NCBI GenBank assembly: GCA_021432655.1 | Contig: MU271450.1 | Span: forward strand, 1 to 54,446 | Direction of reading: 5' to 3' | Source: Atractiella rhizophila | Taxonomy: Eukaryota | Length of the DNA stretch: 54,446 bases | In this document: positions 49,371 to 54,446 of the stretch, piece after piece | Numbering within the stretch: position 1 is the stretch's first letter | Layout: the number at the start of each line of letters is the position of its first letter | Program-made: the position numbers and the translations under genes | The notes under the pieces: generated by a model | What the model was told of the DNA's origin: nothing | The model's input: only the letters and a program-made list of their open reading frames with translations | Databases searched by the model: none

Positions 49371-50805
49371 AGAATGGAATTTCTCGAGGTAACTTGAAGT
49401 TCACCGCATCAATAGTAGCTTTAAAGACCATTTCACTCCTTACGATGAAGTTGGTCAATTTAATTGATTCTTGCACATCCTTGCGCTGGACGTCTTGATC
49501 ATCATTTCTCATTTTCCTCTGTCTGACGCTGGCAATCATGTTCTTGCGGCGTGAACCGAAGTCTGCGCGTCTCAGGGCTTGTTTTCCCACGCCCGCCTCG
49601 GGAAGGCTGCCTACGTGGCTGATCAAATCCTGAAGTTCTGAAGTTCTGATATCTTATTGATATTGTCGGTTGCTCATGTAAGAGCACAAGCACGAGGCGA
49701 AGGAGGCGCGTGACTCTCTTGAACGGGAGGAACGAGTGCCTTACTTGCAAATATGAGCGAATGCATCTGACGCCGAATCATATCGCTTCCTCTTTCTTGT
49801 GAAGTCCAGATGAAGCGGAATAAAGGAGCACATAGAAATGTGTACGAGGATGAACGAGAAAATCCAAGTTTGCATTCACGTCTAATGACGACACCGTTCA
49901 CCTCTCATTCTCCATCGGAACAATGAACCAGGGTTTTCATGCGGCTTCAAGAAACCGAGGGATAGCGCTGGATTTGTCCCTGACAAAGCTACATGTGCCT
50001 GATACCTTAATGGTGCGAGTAAGACAGCTTAAGGACAAGATCTCACCGCAAGCAGGCTAGAAACGCTAGCCTTGCGAATGAGGATTTGATACCCGTCTGT
50101 AGGGATACGTACGATGAGATAAGGGTGGAAGGGTTTTGATACCCCGATTAGACGCTCGAGGAAAGTTGATACGTTATGGGGGATAACGCGCGTGAACGAA
50201 GGCGGCGTCTCTTCTGAGCGCCAGCGCCGCTGCCGTAAGTTCACACTCACCCAAAGACGTGGCTGTCTCCAAGTTCGTGCCTTAGCAGAAGACTCAATAC
50301 GCCGCTATTAGCTTCGAAAAGCTTTCCTCGACAAGACCTGTCGGCGTTCTCCCGTTCTTCGCCCGTGCGTGCCTGCTCAATCTCATCATCAATAAAGCAA
50401 TCAATACGTCAATTCTCGAAACAAAGATCAACAAGTAAGAATGAGCGTTTCAATGACCGGGACATCATTGCATGTATTATTTGCTGCAACGCCGCTGGTG
50501 CGTTTTGTTCACTTCACTTCGGATTCAGGGTATGAAACATCGATCTCGGAATCACATTTGAGTTAGTTGGTAGAGATCACTGTAAACCCTGCAGACCTCA
50601 ACCTTACTTGAACTTCGGAAGCAACAAGGAGCACACGACAGTTCCTTCCTTCTTGGGGACCCTTCTTAGTTGCCCAGTCTCACATCAGTTTCAGATCAGG
50701 TGAATACATTTTAGTTTTCATTATTCGCAGACTGGAAAACTGGTAATCGCGACTCGTAAAAGTATTTTGACCTCATCTCTCGTGCCCTTTAACGGAGAAG
50801 AACTT

Positions 50806-51060
50806 TTATATCGCTCCTTATTCCATCCACCAGTCAAATCAGGCAGGAGGGGAGAAAAAGCGAAACAACGGACGAGCAAGCAAACCAGAAAGAATGGTCA
50901 AAATCATTTCTTCTGGGAAGATGATTAGCTTCCCATTGACTTCAACTATGTATCCGCCTTCCACTTTTTCCTACGAAGAGGATTCAGACGGATAGCTCAA
51001 AGATAAGGTGCGGTGGCTTACGATAATTCTGTGCTGACCAGCGTTCCAGGATGTTTCCAT
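50806..51060 (-). CDS. Microprotein family copy 16 (3 exons, 48 aa)
   Basis: Exons 51060-51022, 50970-50874, 50816-50806; METSWNAGQHRII|EKVEGGYIVEVNGKLIIFPEEMILTILSGLLA|RAI*. Confidence 0.87.
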
Positions 51061-52905
51061 ACTAGAGAGTGCAGGAGTAATGGATAGCAATCAGCAAGAG
51101 ATAGAAAGGCTCTGGGTTCTGGAGGAATGTGACACCTCCTTTTATGCCTGCTTTTCAGTGACATGTGATTGTCAAAAAAAATGTCTTGCCCAAGGCCTGA
51201 CAAATGACGTTGCAATCTTAGGAAGCCAGTTCGGTCATTTATGCACCTGATACGCGACCTGAAGGAAATAGAAGAAACATGCTAAACTAGGTCGAGGAAC
51301 CAATTGTTACATCCGAAGAGAGAAAGGGGCAGGAAGGTAGACCAGTCTGTATCAAAGTTATCGGCCCATTGATGTCAAGTAATCAATGTCTACCACATTT
51401 CCGTCACAGGGCAAGACCAAAACCGTCAGCTCTGCGGAAAACTGCAATCCTGGAAATTTGCGTCTGAGGAAGGTAAGTGCGAGTGAAGATACGACTGTTG
51501 ATGTTATTATATATCCCAGATACATACAATATCGAAATGTCGACATGTGAACTACGAGGGGAACTTGAGAAACATGTCAATTTGGATAAAGGTTAAAATT
51601 CTGTTCCGGTTCCGCGATTACGCGCTGTCAATGTTCTGTTTGAATGCGTCGCAGCCGCTTCGCTGATTCAACGCTTTCACTGAAGTCGCCTAGGCAACTG
51701 AACCTCTCCACACCCGGGCCCTTCCACCTAGAAAAATGGAATGCCTGAAGGAAGATGCAAGTAAATTGAGTTATGGATAGGCTACCCTTGGGCTTTTAGC
51801 GTCACTCTACCGCTTTATAGAGCGGAGTTTCGCATGCGACATTAAGGAATCCCAATTCTGATGTCGATTCCCGTTCCTTTCTGCCAAATGCGGATACGAC
51901 AACCATTTGAAACTCCCCATGTACTGTGTACTCTTGCCCAAACTACGCTACACAAATAGAGACCTACCCCATCCGACCTCCCCTCCGACTCTCCTCCGTC
52001 TCCCTTTTGTATTCCCCATACCAGTTACCCTTGTCTCGATCCTCCCAAGTGATCGTCCCACATTCCAGTTGCGCCACTCCAACATAACCGACCGCCTTAA
52101 GGCCGAAAGCCGCTGCAGCTCTGTGCTGTCAACCTTTTCGAAGGCAGGAGCTGAGGAGGCTCCGACCTTCGAGTTTCGGGTCTAACCACCCCTTGTCCTT
52201 AAACAAATGTCGATTGGAAATGAGTATTAAAGAATGAGGGCAAAGTTAATGTTCTTATTTTAGGGTTAACATGAAGTACACGTTTGAGAGTTTAATTTTG
52301 CTTCCCTTCATGCTCTTGGCATGACCAATCCGCTCGTCTCTGCGTCTTTGCGTCTTGATGGTTCTGAGACTGGTCAACCATTGAACGCTCGGCTTTACTG
52401 TGGGGACATTAGTCAATCACAGAAACAGAGCGAAGGAGTTTCGCGCCGTTTGAGTGGAGGAGCCAGCTGGAATGTGCACATTACTGGTAGAAGCACAGTA
52501 GGTGTCAAGACGCAAGTGTTTGTTCAGCTTGAAAGTTCAGCGGTTCCTTGTCACCGTATGTCAACTAGGTACAAAGAAATAGTGGAAGGGATGACTGCTA
52601 CTTCATCCATCTCGTACCTCAGATAACCTTCATATCGCAATGTAAAAAGGAACCATTAAATGCAATTTCGAACGAATTTCTGGGCTAAAACAACTTTTTT
52701 TGAAGAAGACTGGGCAAGCTGGAAACAGGCCAATCGAGAGGGTTGGGACAAGGAAGCGACGACATGCATCTCCAGGTAAAGCAAGTTGCACCATCTTCCA
52801 CGTCAGCTAGGAAAGAAGGGGTGGGTAAGTGAAAGTAGGGCATTCGAGAGGGCTGGCAATGGAAATGACGACTTGTTTCTCGAGGCAAAGCTACCGGGAT
52901 GCGCT

Positions 52906-53155
52906 TTAAATCGCTCCTAGTACAACGCCTCAGCTTCTTCTCTATCAAGAAGGAAGAAAGAACACACGACCAAGCAATCCGGCAAGAACAGTGAGCACCA
53001 TGTCTTCAGTGAAAAAGTGACGCTCGCCGTCTACTTCGATGATGTAGCCGTTTGCAGTTTTTTCCTGCATGGGACGAATTAGACTCGCACCTGAAATAAA
53101 TGCGAGGAAGACTAACAACAAAGCACCACCGACTAGGATTACTAGACGCCTCCAT
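52906..53155 (-). CDS. Microprotein family copy 17 (3 exons, 48 aa)
   Basis: Exons 53155-53117, 53064-52968, 52916-52906; MEASSNPSRWCFV|EKTANGYIIEVDGERHFFTEDMVLTVLAGLLG|RAI*; TATAAA at 53260-53255. Confidence 0.88.
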
Positions 53156-54446
53156 TGTGAGAGTTCTTTTCAGAAAGAAATAGTACTAGCGGCGGGTGAA
53201 AAGTGAGAGAAGTGAGGTGGACGAGAAGAAGTAAACTCTTCATCCAGGCTTCACTTTATACCTCAGCGAGCCGACTAGCCATATTTTGCTTGAAGGACGG
53301 ATGGTTGCTTTTGTGTGAGGTAGCGTGCCCAAACTGATCGGATCTCATCTCAATTGTCATTCACGCTCGTCACAGACACGAAGCTCGCTGGTACACAGAA
53401 CATGTGGTGAAATAAATTGAATCTTGGGCGGGTCCTTGGCCCGCTAGTTTGAATTTGTCAATGACAATATCCATATTAATGGCAATTGTCGACCACGACA
53501 GATCACTAGTCAATTCAATCTTCGTAACTCAGTTTGACAGGTGCGCAAAGATAGCAATCAGATCGGGTGCGCGCGAAATTGAAGCGCTTGACCTTTTGAG
53601 AAAGACCTGAGAAAGAATTTGAGGGTTGTCGTTGACAGAGGTTGGAGCTTTTCGGGGCTTCCGATCTGTGTTGGGTCAAATTTTCAAACTTTGTACGAGC
53701 CTCACACAACTTCCCTCACTCATCCCCCTGCAACGCCACAGACGTTCAAACCGTTCAAATCAATGTACCAATTCAATCTGCTTCTCACGATCCGTGAAGA
53801 GACAACAGGTTCAAAGCCGATGGATTGCGTGGAAATACGGAGGTAACAGAAGCCCTTTTTCATGCTCACACGCTGGAAGAAATAACGCACGAAAACCTCG
53901 TTGAAATTCAATAGATCAATAAGAGTATCCAAGTAGCCCATCAGCGTATCATATCAACACTCAACACTCAACGTCTATCTCTCCCCACAACACAACGCAT
54001 CGACATTTGTAAAGATGGGTAGCATGGTCGCACGCAGGAACAGATCCGAAAAGCAAAAGCCACAAGGAACAGCAAGGGACAATTGAATACAGCAAGGAAC
54101 AATGGAACACAGTAAGGGACAATGGAAGGGACTTTATCCGCCCACCAAATACTATTATCTCCTGCCCATCAACCAATCAATTACAGCTGGAGGAGGTTGA
54201 TTTGAAGTCACCGTTGGGTCGACATGGGCGGTATATGAAACAGTAGCGGTGTGTGGGGACATCTGAAAGGAGGATATCATCCCCTCGCAACAGGCTAACA
54301 GGCCTGCGCAAAAGAGTCTGAGAAGTCTCCCTTCACTTGATGAGGTGACACCTTCCTTTATTCTAACAACCGACCTGCAAACATCTCTCTTGTCGTGCAC
54401 AGGCTCCACGCATGCTTATCTGGCATGCCTCCAAGTTCCAACAGGA

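Larger units (their letters stand above)
46460..54446. repeat. Diverged direct duplicate of ~30190-36655
   Basis: Colinear anchors 30190/46470, 32390/48695, 32970/49260, 34010/49570, 34435/50360, 35030/52555 and 36615/54365. The two copies flank the transposon block. Confidence 0.8.

Noticed and set aside
3426..53155. Microprotein repeats as a SINE/MITE family or a mating pheromone cluster
   Set aside because: There are no shared terminal inverted repeats, poly-A tails or Pol III boxes, and conservation tracks codons and splice sites. Only 1 of 17 copies has a CaaX ending, and no receptor gene is in the window.

Overview
Eukaryotic, intron-rich DNA that looks fungal, most likely a basidiomycete (45-70 nt GT/GC-AG introns with CTRAY-like branch sites and basidiomycete-type transposons). 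The ORF track misses the main feature. By manual splicing I find 17 diverged copies of a tiny three-exon gene (exon 1 usually 13 codons, exon 2 exactly 97 nt, exon 3 usually 11 nt) encoding a ~48-aa protein with approximate consensus ME.S.N...WRFV|EKTEGGYIIEVNGE.HFFPEEMVL.VLAGLLA|RAI. Most copies have a TATA-like box 70-110 nt upstream. I recognise no known family for it. The copies sit in tandem/segmental duplications that also carry decayed relics of an 8-oxoguanine glycosylase (OGG1) gene. The best-preserved OGG1 copy (10388-12389) has lost its HhH-GPD catalytic core, which is replaced by a 1.06-kb duplicate carrying a microprotein gene. Also present: an intact-looking AlkB-family dioxygenase gene (6018-7285), a 185-bp solo LTR with a 5-bp TSD, a degenerate CACTA/Plavaka-like transposase, and an adjoining 3'-truncated Ty3/Gypsy element with an apparent self-priming PBS. 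All gene models are hand-spliced and untested against transcripts or databases.
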